Origin: a virus
DNA: 64,000 nucleotides
Strand: one strand, 5' to 3'
Virus record (IMG/VR): IMGVR_UViG_3300045256_000135
Span: 96,001 to 160,000 of that record
The position numbers and the translations under genes were made by a program. Shown one piece after another: positions 48,258-56,376 of this stretch; the stretch's first letter is position 1; every line of letters begins with the position of its first letter. The notes under the pieces are model-generated. The model was not told where the DNA came from, did no database searches, and was given only the letters and a program-made list of their open reading frames with translations.

Positions 48258-49189
48258 TGCCAGAGAAAAGGGGAACGTTCCGGGTTGATCGCGCTCTCGG
48301 CGTTTTCCTCGGAGGAGCACTCGGAGATGCACTGGGTGCTCCATACGAATTCAAGTCTCGCTCGCTTGATCCAGTACCACTCCATATGAACGGTGGTGGG
48401 TCTTTCAATTGGAGAGAGGGTGAGACGACGGACGATACTGAGATGGCGATGGGGGTCGCCAAGATGTATCTGCAAACGAACGGACTGTACAGCGAGCAAG
48501 AGCTGAAAGCTAACTGGCTCGCCTGGATTGACACTCATCCAAGAGACGTTGGGGCTTGGACCCGGCACGCAATGGGTGGTCTTCGTCGCGGTCAGCATCC
48601 AAAGCAGTTGTGGCAAGCAGCTGGTAGGAAAGATGCTGGTAACGGTGGCGTGATGAGGGCTTGGGTGACGCCATTGGTTCGGAGAACGTGGAAACAAATC
48701 GAGCGCGATACGGTTCGAATCTGCGAATTGTCTCACCCCGATCCGCGTTGTGTAGCAAGCTGCATTGCAGTCCATTCAGCGATCCACGAAATGATCGCCG
48801 GGCGGAACAACTTACGAGCCATCGTAACGAAAGCAGCTATCCGAGCACGGGAATACAGCGAAGAAACTTCTGATGCAGTGGTGTCAGCTCTAGTGACTAA
48901 GCCACTGGAGTTCCACAACTCGGGGTACACGGTTGGAACTGTTCACAGTGCATTCACTGCGCTGGTTACGACTCAGTCGTACGAAGATTGCCTCCGAGCG
49001 GTCTGCCAAGTCGGAAACGACGCTGACTCTGTCGGAGCGGTTGCTGGCGCACTAGCTGGTGCGTATTACGGCTACACTGAGATCCCCAAAGAGCTTGTAT
49101 CGAAGCTTCGCGGGTCTGGTTCGTGGTATCATTTCACCGAAGTGGACTACCTTCGAACGGCGATTCGTCTTCTCTCCATTCGCAACTAA
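48254..49189 (+). CDS. ADP-ribosylglycohydrolase (DraG/ARH family)
   Basis: GGALGDALG, TDDTEM, GNGGVMR, SHPDP and DADSVGAVAGAL motifs. Confidence 0.92.
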   Translation: MMPEKRGTFRVDRALGVFLGGALGDALGAPYEFKSRSLDPVPLHMNGGGSFNWREGETTDDTEMAMGVAKMYLQTNGLYSEQELKANWLAWIDTHPRDVGAWTRHAMGGLRRGQHPKQLWQAAGRKDAGNGGVMRAWVTPLVRRTWKQIERDTVRICELSHPDPRCVASCIAVHSAIHEMIAGRNNLRAIVTKAAIRAREYSEETSDAVVSALVTKPLEFHNSGYTVGTVHSAFTALVTTQSYEDCLRAVCQVGNDADSVGAVAGALAGAYYGYTEIPKELVSKLRGSGSWYHFTEVDYLRTAIRLLSIRN

Positions 49190-49206
49190 TTCATCGAGCC
49201 CCAATT

Positions 49207-49503
49207 ATGGCAAGTTACAAACAGTTCATGGATCGCTACGCTCTTGTTCTTGAAGCTTGCGTCCGCCGACTGCAACATCTCAAAGGCAAGTTTGCAACTC
49301 GTAGGGAGCTTGCTCAATGGGTCGCAGGCGATCTGCCTACCCTGTATGCCAAGACGTTCTGCAACGGACGTGAGCGTAGTTCCGAGAAGCTCCACGTGAA
49401 GGTGTGGCGGGTCCAGCAGATGCTTTCGACTGCCGTGTTCCTCGGAGCGGTTCGTGGTAAGGGGATGCAGTCAGTCATCCGAGTGGTTCGGAAAGCTGGG
49501 TGA
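49207..49503 (+). CDS. basic hypothetical protein (possibly DNA-binding)
   Basis: 98 aa from ATG 49207; R/K-rich. Confidence 0.55.
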   Translation: MASYKQFMDRYALVLEACVRRLQHLKGKFATRRELAQWVAGDLPTLYAKTFCNGRERSSEKLHVKVWRVQQMLSTAVFLGAVRGKGMQSVIRVVRKAG

Positions 49504-49521
49504 TCTCTTAGCACAATCTTG

Positions 49522-49565
49522 TTCGAGCTCCTTGATTTCTCTACAATCATCATTATGATCATTGT
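49522..49565 (+). promoter_or_regulatory. repeated early promoter element, copy 4 (leaderless)
   Basis: TTCGAGCTCC-TTGATT(49532)-16-TATGAT(49554)-CATTGT-ATG(49566). Confidence 0.85.
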
Positions 49566-49762
49566 ATGGAACAATCCAAGTATATCGAATCTCTCCGGTT
49601 CGTTCGAAAAGACGATCAAAAGGTTTCACTGTAACGAATTACGGGCACTGGACCGACATTGTTTCGCCTGATGGTGAGACAGATCGGGTGAAGTGGTTCG
49701 GTCCAGAAGAGTTCGGTTACGTTGGGGTCCAGGGTAACGTCTACAACAAGGTGGAGGTGTAA
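49566..49762 (+). pseudogene. frameshifted small gene (22-aa ORF plus -1-frame continuation)
   Basis: The ATG at +1 stops at 49632-49634; the -1 frame is open to 49762. Confidence 0.45.
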
Positions 49763-49763
49763 C

Positions 49764-50147
49764 ATGGCTGGTCTGATTAAGGGCTCGCAGCAGACGAAGT
49801 TGACGAAAGAGGGCCTGTCGCCTTATAAGCGCCCAGTCCTTCAGAAGCTGCTGGAAACCGCGGTTCGAGACACTATCAAGCAGCTGGGAATTACCCGGGA
49901 GCAACGCGATCAGCATCGAGTGTATCGAGCGCTGATCCGAATGTCGGCTCGAATCGCTCTGTTCATGGGTTACAGTCTTTCCGAGCACTTGGTGCTCGTA
50001 ACCGAGCTGTACGAGAAGTGCCGACTCGAATTCGAAGCCCAGCAAAAGTCACTTCCGGCGAGCAAGGTGACGTTCCAGAACGCTGTGTTGAGTTCCGAGC
50101 ACTTGAAGGAGCTGCTCCAAGCAGAGACGAAGAAGCTGGGGAAGTGA
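49764..50147 (+). CDS. hypothetical helical protein
   Basis: GGAGGTG SD; 127 aa. Confidence 0.7.
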   Translation: MAGLIKGSQQTKLTKEGLSPYKRPVLQKLLETAVRDTIKQLGITREQRDQHRVYRALIRMSARIALFMGYSLSEHLVLVTELYEKCRLEFEAQQKSLPASKVTFQNAVLSSEHLKELLQAETKKLGK

Positions 50148-50548
50148 TGGTTGATTTCGACAAGTTTGCGGGTGGTTATCGAGATCAGCCAGTGGTTGTT
50201 CGCGAGCTCGACAAACCCATCCCGTGGTATCGCAGGTTTCTTAGCACTCTCGCTGCCAGGTTGCAAAGTCCCTGGTCAGCGTTTAAGGCAGTGCTACGTA
50301 TGGGGCTGTGGTATAACCATAAAGGGTTGTTTGTGGCTCCGCCTATGCCACCGATGTCTCTGTGGAGTAATCCGCGAATCTTTCGGAAGAGGCAAGCCCA
50401 GCTTAAACAAGAGCTGCAAGAGATGCGATTGTCGATCAAATCGCTTAACGCGATCAATGACGAATTCCTTCGTGGGATCTCTAGCAGTCGTGTGAAAACA
50501 GTGGAACGCATTCAGGAGCGTATTCGTGAGCAACGAAAGCGTCGTTAA
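50147..50548 (+). CDS. hypothetical protein with C-terminal coiled coil
   Basis: TGATG-coupled start; 133 aa. Confidence 0.6.
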   Translation: MVDFDKFAGGYRDQPVVVRELDKPIPWYRRFLSTLAARLQSPWSAFKAVLRMGLWYNHKGLFVAPPMPPMSLWSNPRIFRKRQAQLKQELQEMRLSIKSLNAINDEFLRGISSSRVKTVERIQERIREQRKRR

Positions 50549-51614
50549 GCATCTCCAAGAGATTGCAGAGCTTCTGTTCCTTGCAAAAGAGGATCAGCGA
50601 GGCTATGCGTACGCTAAGGCCGCGAATAGTATCAAGGCTTCTGAGAAGTTGGTCACGCCAGCAATCAAGCCAGGAGAGCTGAAGTACGTTGGACCGTCCA
50701 TTGTTGCTGTAGTTCTCGAGTTTCTCGAAACCGGTACGAGTAGCACTTTCGAGAAGCTTTCTTCGACCGTGGAACGCCCACCTGCCGATATTAGCGCTGA
50801 GCTACAGAAGATCCAAGGGGTTGGTCCGGTGAAGGCCATGACCTTGTGGAAAGCAGGATTCAAAACCATTGCCGACGTGGAAGCCGCGTTAGCATCCGGA
50901 GCTCTAAAAGACGAGCGTCTCAAGAAGTCTGTGGAGTACGCTAAAAACCAATCTGAGCGGATTCCGTTCCACAAGGCATATAGTTTAGCTGCACCGATCC
51001 TCGACAAGGTAAAGTCGATCTGTACCAGCGATGGTCGTAGTCTTATCCAGGAAGCAGAGTACGCTGGCTCCCTCCGTCGAAGAAAAGAGACGGTAAAGGA
51101 CATCGACATCCTATGCTCGATCGCTACAGATTGGGACCGAAATCTAGTTCGGGAGCACATCAAGACGTTCTGGCCGAACGATATCATTGCTGATGGTGTG
51201 AGTCGAACTCGGCTTCGGATTACCGATCGCCAGTGTGATATCATCTACACGCAGCCGAACACGTGGGGAGCTGCACTTCAGTATCTGACTGGCAGTGCTG
51301 ATTTCAACGTTCGACTACGTGCCTATGCAAAGACGCTGCATTTCAAGGTAAGCGAGTACCAGCTTCTCCGCTACCCCGGAACGCCACATGAAGAGAAGCA
51401 CGATGTCCCATCTGAGCAAGCGTTGTTTGAGAAGCTTGGGATCTGGTATGTCGAGCCCCATGATCGCGAAGGAGTTCGAAACCTCGAGCTAGCTATCGCT
51501 CTGAAGGAGATGCGTCAAGTGCCGGATATGACGTTCGACAAGGCAATCTGGCTTCGAACGAATCTAGGTATATGTACTCCAGCGGAGCTGAAAGCTCACC
51601 AGGAATCGACATGA
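50526..51614 (+). CDS. polX: DNA polymerase X family (Pol beta-like, no PHP domain)
   Basis: 8-kDa domain (AY.KAA.SI), HhH (IQGVGP), GSLRR, DIDIL, third Asp in QCDI, TGS.DFN..LR..A, SE..LF..LG. Confidence 0.92.
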   Translation: MSNESVVKHLQEIAELLFLAKEDQRGYAYAKAANSIKASEKLVTPAIKPGELKYVGPSIVAVVLEFLETGTSSTFEKLSSTVERPPADISAELQKIQGVGPVKAMTLWKAGFKTIADVEAALASGALKDERLKKSVEYAKNQSERIPFHKAYSLAAPILDKVKSICTSDGRSLIQEAEYAGSLRRRKETVKDIDILCSIATDWDRNLVREHIKTFWPNDIIADGVSRTRLRITDRQCDIIYTQPNTWGAALQYLTGSADFNVRLRAYAKTLHFKVSEYQLLRYPGTPHEEKHDVPSEQALFEKLGIWYVEPHDREGVRNLELAIALKEMRQVPDMTFDKAIWLRTNLGICTPAELKAHQEST

Positions 51615-51796
51615 CTAAGTCAGAGAAGACGTGTCTCAATTGCTTGCATCGGTGCATGGATATGGATATGGATCCGTATTGCTCTGCTGTTAACCAGCCT
51701 TGGGGGTTGGTTTTGCGTCAGGGCAAACCAGAAGACTGCGGATCAGAGTCCAAACTATGGGAGAAGGATACACGTGGGAACAGTCCTGCTGGTTGA
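51611..51796 (+). CDS. small Cys-rich protein
   Basis: CLNC...YC...C; ATGA-coupled to polX; (ATGGAT)x3 repeat. Confidence 0.6.
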   Translation: MTKSEKTCLNCLHRCMDMDMDPYCSAVNQPWGLVLRQGKPEDCGSESKLWEKDTRGNSPAG

Positions 51797-52739
51797 CGGT
51801 AATCCGCTCGTATGGCGGAGCGTGGACATCTACAAGAATCTCAGAACGAAGACCGGAAAAGCTACAGGAGCTATCTACGGAGCGTTCGAGATTCTCTTTA
51901 GAGCAATCGACCACGTAAAGCCAGACTCGATCGTAGTGACGTGGGATGTTGGTAAGTCTCGGTGGCGAAGGGCCTTGTCTCCAGACTATAAAGCCTCTAG
52001 AGAGGCGAGGAAGCCGAACGACGGTGGGTTGCCGTTTGAAGAGATCATCCCTCAGTTCAGTGACATTCAGAGGCTGCTTATGCTCGCCGGGATTCCGCAG
52101 TTTGGGATCCAAGGTGTTGAAGCCGACGATCTCATTGGTTTGCTAGCATCCGGCTTAGCAAAAAGTCAATCACATGACATTGTGATCTTGTCGTCTGATG
52201 GAGATCTCAATCAGCTGCTCTCAGAGAAAGTCCGTCAGTATGACTCAGTTGGGAAACGGTGGGTTGACCTTGAGAAGGTCAAAGAGGTCTACAATGGTCT
52301 CACTCCAGCTCAGCTAATTGAGCTGAAAGCAATTACAGGTGATGGTGGTGATGACATTAAGGGTGTGAAGGGTATCGGCCCTTCCGGAGCTCACAAGCTG
52401 TTGACGACTTTTGGCTCTTTGGATGCGTGCTTGGATGATGCGAACCAAGCTCAGATCTCAAGTCTTGGGAAACGCCTTGCTGCATTTACCGAGGCTAGGG
52501 ATACGGTCAAGCTTGCTCGGAAGCTTGTGACCATCACCACCGTTGATAACTACAAAGAGTTCTTGTCTGCTGAAGAGATTGCTGTTTTCGTAACACTCCT
52601 CAGAACGAAAGTTGAGCCAAATCGTTTCAGCTTTTCGCAGGTTGCAGATTCCCTTGAGCTCGAGCGGGTGAATCGACGGGCGGGCTTGCTTTTTGTCCCT
52701 AGTCCGGAATTAGAGCAGGTTTCGCAATGGTTTATGTAG
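51774..52739 (+). CDS. 5'-3' exonuclease / flap endonuclease (Pol I N-domain, T4 RNase H-like)
   Basis: LLVDGN, YKA.R, EADD.IG, SSDGDL.Q and GD..D.I.GV.GIG motifs. Confidence 0.92.
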   Translation: MGTVLLVDGNPLVWRSVDIYKNLRTKTGKATGAIYGAFEILFRAIDHVKPDSIVVTWDVGKSRWRRALSPDYKASREARKPNDGGLPFEEIIPQFSDIQRLLMLAGIPQFGIQGVEADDLIGLLASGLAKSQSHDIVILSSDGDLNQLLSEKVRQYDSVGKRWVDLEKVKEVYNGLTPAQLIELKAITGDGGDDIKGVKGIGPSGAHKLLTTFGSLDACLDDANQAQISSLGKRLAAFTEARDTVKLARKLVTITTVDNYKEFLSAEEIAVFVTLLRTKVEPNRFSFSQVADSLELERVNRRAGLLFVPSPELEQVSQWFM

Positions 52740-53089
52740 AGCTGCAAGAGACTGAAGAGTACGGGGAGATCAGGTTTGACATCACAAAGAATGTGACCGC
52801 CTACGTTAGCCCCGTCTTGCTCCAGCCTCCGGTTGCGGGTCTGACCTGTGTTCTGAATACTCAGCTTCCGGTCTACTCAGCCTTCGATTGGCTGGTGTTT
52901 GAGGTAGTGAAGTTCGCGAAAGTACAGCTCGACCTTCGTGGGTTTCTTGGCCACGACGTGAACGTCTTGTTAGAGTACAGCAGAATCACGGATCCACAAA
53001 AGCAGATTCGCAGTGTGAACAGGCAGTGGTTTAACCAAGCAGTTCAAGCTCGAGCCGCACTTCTCAGACAGAAGGTGAAGTACCCGTGA
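52727..53089 (+). CDS. hypothetical protein
   Basis: 120 aa, overlapping both neighbours. Confidence 0.6.
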   Translation: MVYVELQETEEYGEIRFDITKNVTAYVSPVLLQPPVAGLTCVLNTQLPVYSAFDWLVFEVVKFAKVQLDLRGFLGHDVNVLLEYSRITDPQKQIRSVNRQWFNQAVQARAALLRQKVKYP

Positions 53090-53364
53090 AGACCTGGTGG
53101 GTGTACATCATCCAAAACCAGAAGGGAGTGCTCTACACGGGGATCACCACCGAGTGTAGTACTAGGATTAGTGCGCATAACAATGGATGTGGAGCAAAGT
53201 TTACCCGTGGTAAAGGGCCGTGGCACCTGGTTGCCTCACTAGAGGTACCAACTAGATCAGAAGCCTCCAAAATTGAGGCAGCTATCAAAAAGCTTCCCAA
53301 AGACAAGAAGGTTGTTGAATTACTTCTCAGAAGAGACTTGATTTCGCGAAATACATCATTATGA
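53086..53364 (+). CDS. GIY-YIG nuclease (UPF0213/YhbQ-like)
   Basis: VYII...LYTGIT....R...HN.G.GAKFT...PW.L and A.K.E..IK.L motifs. Confidence 0.88.
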   Translation: MKTWWVYIIQNQKGVLYTGITTECSTRISAHNNGCGAKFTRGKGPWHLVASLEVPTRSEASKIEAAIKKLPKDKKVVELLLRRDLISRNTSL

Positions 53365-53371
53365 TTGTTGT
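53337..53371 (+). promoter_or_regulatory. repeated early promoter element, copy 5 (leaderless, inside the GIY-YIG 3' end)
   Basis: C-TTGATT(53338)-16-TATGAT(53360)-TGTTGT-ATG(53372). Confidence 0.8.
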
Positions 53372-53650
53372 ATGAGCACTCTCCAAGCGTTTCGATTGAA
53401 CCCGGCAATTCTCGAGTTCGAGTTTCAAGAAACCGACACCACGTTTCTGGGGGAGAAGCGCCAGTTACTGTACACGCTCATCGGATCAAATGACGCGATG
53501 ACTCGAGGGCATGCGGTAGAGATTTACATCGACGATGGCTCTATCCACGTTATGGACATCAAGCAAGGGCGAGAGGTTGAGTCGAGGCCTTGGAGTCTTG
53601 ACACTCTCGGAAACCTGCTTGAGAAGTATAAAGCCAAGGATCAGCCCTGA
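53372..53650 (+). CDS. hypothetical acidic protein
   Basis: 92 aa; ATG at the predicted +1. Confidence 0.7.
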   Translation: MSTLQAFRLNPAILEFEFQETDTTFLGEKRQLLYTLIGSNDAMTRGHAVEIYIDDGSIHVMDIKQGREVESRPWSLDTLGNLLEKYKAKDQP

Positions 53651-53663
53651 AGTCTCGAGATCT

Positions 53664-53710
53664 TTCATCGAGCTCCTTGATTTCTCGTACATCATCATTA
53701 TGATCATTGT
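53664..53710 (+). promoter_or_regulatory. repeated early promoter element, copy 6 (leaderless)
   Basis: TTCATCGAGCTCC-TTGATT(53677)-16-TATGAT(53699)-CATTGT-ATG(53711). Confidence 0.85.
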
Positions 53711-53914
53711 ATGAGCTACTCCAAATTCAATGAAGAGTTTGCCAACGCCAAGACGCGTAAAGCGAAACAGACACTGCTGGAGTCAGTTTCGAAGGGTGAT
53801 TTCGGAGCCCAGGTCAAATCCTCGATCTTTGGCCTGGGGGATTTTGATCCTAACCACGATCTGACTCGAGAGCGCCTGGCCGAGATCAAGAACGCTCAAT
53901 TCGGAGATCACTGA
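53711..53914 (+). CDS. small hypothetical protein
   Basis: 67 aa; ATG at the predicted +1. Confidence 0.7.
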   Translation: MSYSKFNEEFANAKTRKAKQTLLESVSKGDFGAQVKSSIFGLGDFDPNHDLTRERLAEIKNAQFGDH

Positions 53915-54069
53915 TGCTACAGATTGCAATTCTGATCGTAGCCATTTGCATTCTGATCGTTCTGATCAGAATCGCTTACCTGTTGGACGTACTCAACGAC
54001 AACATTTGCAAAAGCTCAGTCATCATTTCTCGGCAGATCGACGCACTCGACATAAAGGTGAAGAAATGA
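53914..54069 (+). CDS. 51-aa single-pass membrane microprotein (not in ORF track)
   Basis: MLQIAILIVAICILIVLIRIAYLLD...VKK*; TGATG- and ATGA-coupled to both neighbours. Confidence 0.7.
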   Translation: MLQIAILIVAICILIVLIRIAYLLDVLNDNICKSSVIISRQIDALDIKVKK

Positions 54070-55343
54070 AGGTTTTTGAAGTTCTCGAGAAGCTCGAAGC
54101 AACCTCCAGCCGGCTCGAGAAGGAGAAGATCCTGCGAGAAGAGGTGGACAACTCCGAGTTGAAGCTACTGTTCGTCCAGTCGATGGATCCATACGTTACG
54201 TATGGAGTTGCAAAGTTCAAGATGCCACCGGCGTCTCAAGAAGAGGCATCAGGTGTTTTGACAGGATTCGTTGATGTTCTGAATCAGCTTTGTCTTCGGC
54301 AAATCACTGGGAATAAAGCGAAAGACAAACTCGAATCTATCTTTTCGGAAATGACCGAACTCCAGCAGAAGTGGCTCAATCGTGTTCTGCTGAAGAATCT
54401 CAAAATCGGGTGTACGTCGACCACGATCAACAAAGTCTGGCCGAAGCTCATCCCGACGTTCGAAGTGCAGCTGGCTGAAGAGGTTGCAACGACGCAAACG
54501 AAGGACGCGTTCACAATCAACGACGAAGTTCGCTATCCTTGCTGGGTTGATCCAAAGCTGGATGGGCTTCGAATGATCGCGATCAAGCGAAACGGGGAGG
54601 TTACTCTGCTGAGTAGAAATGGCCAGGTGTTCGAGAACTTTCCCTCCATCGCCGAGGCTCTCAAGATCGCAGAGTACGACAACGTGGTGCTCGATGGCGA
54701 AGTGATGGGAGCTGACTGGAACGAGAGTCAGTCGATCGCGTTCTCGAAGTCTTCAAAGAAGAGCGATTCGAACATGATCTATAACGTGTTCGACTGCCTG
54801 CCACTGACCGATTGGGTAACGCAGATTTCGAGTCTGAGCTACCGTGACCGTTTGACGCAGCTGAAGCACATCGTCGGACTGACGAATGACAAGATTCGGC
54901 TGGTGGTTGGGACTGAAGTGATGGACGAGGCTCATCTGCTTCTCTATTACCAGGATCTGTTGAATCAGGGTTTCGAAGGGGTTATGCTCAAGGACCTCTC
55001 CAGCCCTTATCAGTTCAAGCGGACGAAGGCTGTTCGAAAGCTGAAGCCAATCGCTACTCTCGAGGGTGTGGTTTCTGGCTGGTTCTTGGGGCACAAGAAC
55101 AGCAAGTGGGAAGGGAAGTTCGGTGGATTTCTGGTTCGGTTGCCAAACGGAGTTGAAACTCGGGTGGGTGGTGGCTTCTCGGATGAGCAAAGGAAGCAGT
55201 TCATGGAAGACCCTAACTCGCACATCGACAAGGTTGTGGAGTGCCAGTGCCAGCCTCCGCTGACTGCAGATGGGAAGATGCGATTCCCGGTATTCCTTCG
55301 GTTCCGTAACGAAGCCGACGTAGATCCCAAGGTGCTCGGATGA
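54066..55343 (+). CDS. lig: ATP-dependent DNA ligase
   Basis: KLDG.R (motif I), LDGE, FD, EGVMLK, K.K and RFP.F.R.R motifs; true start ATG 54066. Confidence 0.93.
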   Translation: MKVFEVLEKLEATSSRLEKEKILREEVDNSELKLLFVQSMDPYVTYGVAKFKMPPASQEEASGVLTGFVDVLNQLCLRQITGNKAKDKLESIFSEMTELQQKWLNRVLLKNLKIGCTSTTINKVWPKLIPTFEVQLAEEVATTQTKDAFTINDEVRYPCWVDPKLDGLRMIAIKRNGEVTLLSRNGQVFENFPSIAEALKIAEYDNVVLDGEVMGADWNESQSIAFSKSSKKSDSNMIYNVFDCLPLTDWVTQISSLSYRDRLTQLKHIVGLTNDKIRLVVGTEVMDEAHLLLYYQDLLNQGFEGVMLKDLSSPYQFKRTKAVRKLKPIATLEGVVSGWFLGHKNSKWEGKFGGFLVRLPNGVETRVGGGFSDEQRKQFMEDPNSHIDKVVECQCQPPLTADGKMRFPVFLRFRNEADVDPKVLG

Positions 55344-55471
55344 AACACAAACACATCAAGCCAAGGTTTGAACAGTGCTCCCAGTGCAAACGACGAAACA
55401 AGACGGTTAAGGCAAGGAACTTTGGGTTCGGCCTTGTCCTGCTCTGTTGCTCAAGGTGCTGCTCAAAATGA
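55340..55471 (+). CDS. 43-aa zinc-finger microprotein (not in ORF track)
   Basis: MKHKHIKPRFEQCSQC...LCCSRCCSK*; ATGA overlap on both sides. Confidence 0.65.
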   Translation: MKHKHIKPRFEQCSQCKRRNKTVKARNFGFGLVLLCCSRCCSK

Positions 55472-55707
55472 CAAAGAGAAAGAATCCTCTCGAAGGCGTC
55501 ACGATTCGCTATGGCAGTATGACCTTCAAAGTAACGAAAGGTCAACCAGTCCCTGAAGAGCAGATGGTCGATCTAGCACGCGAGTACAACCAAGAGAAGG
55601 TGTTTCGAAGCTGCGACTATTGTGGAGTCAAGATCCTGGTCAGTCGAGGCAACATGGGACCTTCTGGCACATACTGCATGAACTGTCTTGCGGCAAGCTC
55701 AATGTAG
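55468..55707 (+). CDS. small zinc-ribbon protein
   Basis: CDYC...CMNC; ATGA-coupled. Confidence 0.65.
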   Translation: MTKRKNPLEGVTIRYGSMTFKVTKGQPVPEEQMVDLAREYNQEKVFRSCDYCGVKILVSRGNMGPSGTYCMNCLAASSM

Positions 55708-55715
55708 GTGAGATC

Positions 55716-56207
55716 ATGATTCGAATGTTCAACGGTAAGTTCAGCTTCTTGTCCAACTTCCACCCGTCACAAATCAAGATCTGGAACATGACGTTCCCAA
55801 CAGTCGAGAACGCGCACCAAGCGCGGAAGACTCTCGATTGGAGCTTGCGCGAGACCTTTCAAGCAATGACACCTGGCCAGGCAAAACGTGCTGGACGAAA
55901 GCTCGCAATGGCTCCAGGCTTTGACGGGATCAAAGTCGACCACATGCGTACATGTCTCCGTCGGAAATTCCTGATTCCAGAGCTTCGCAGGCAGCTTGAA
56001 GAAACAGGGCAACTTCGTCTCGAAGAGGGCAATACTTGGGGTGATCGGTTCTGGGGAGTATGTCAAACTGGGCCGCTGACTTGGACTGGTGCCAACAATC
56101 TGGGGCTCTTGCTCATGGAGGTTCGTAAGGATCTTCAGACAGGTAAGTTCAAGGAGTGGGAAGAGTTTCTCGCTAAAGATTCTGAGGCGATCTATGGGAA
56201 TTCGTGA
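55716..56207 (+). CDS. NADAR (YbiA-like) family protein
   Basis: FLSNF.P, FPTVE...QA.K, AK..GR, KF, EGN.W.D.FWG and G.N.LG.LLM.VR motifs. Confidence 0.9.
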   Translation: MIRMFNGKFSFLSNFHPSQIKIWNMTFPTVENAHQARKTLDWSLRETFQAMTPGQAKRAGRKLAMAPGFDGIKVDHMRTCLRRKFLIPELRRQLEETGQLRLEEGNTWGDRFWGVCQTGPLTWTGANNLGLLLMEVRKDLQTGKFKEWEEFLAKDSEAIYGNS

Positions 56208-56376
56208 CGTACATCACGTGGTGAATACATGCCCTCGGTGTGGGTTCCACCGACAGACTCGTACCACGGAATGCAAGATCTGCAGCTGGAACAAAGAGGA
56301 TCGTGAGGAGTACAATTCTCTGAAGTCCACTGAAGAGCGCGCCGCCTTCCGCAAACGTAAGATGCACGGACTATGA
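56194..56376 (+). CDS. small zinc-ribbon protein
   Basis: CPRC...CKIC; GAGG SD; ATGA-coupled to the next gene. Confidence 0.65.
   Translation: MGIRDVHHVVNTCPRCGFHRQTRTTECKICSWNKEDREEYNSLKSTEERAAFRKRKMHGL

Noticed and set aside
46589-51244. Long minus-strand ORFs (46589-47215, 47854-48534, 50603-51244) and the many other antisense ORFs in the track
   Set aside because: They shadow well-supported + strand genes or cross promoters, and have no motifs or SD. The + strand is already fully tiled.
53086-53364. GIY-YIG as a homing endonuclease or intron
   Set aside because: 92-aa catalytic-only UPF0213-type protein with no DNA-binding extension; it does not interrupt any gene.
45818-53710. Dispersed repeats read as a CRISPR array or integron attC sites
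   Set aside because: Spacing is 0.3-3.8 kb with whole genes between. There are no GTTRRRY/RYYYAAC ends and no cas or integrase gene in the window; the -35/-10 geometry explains them as promoters.
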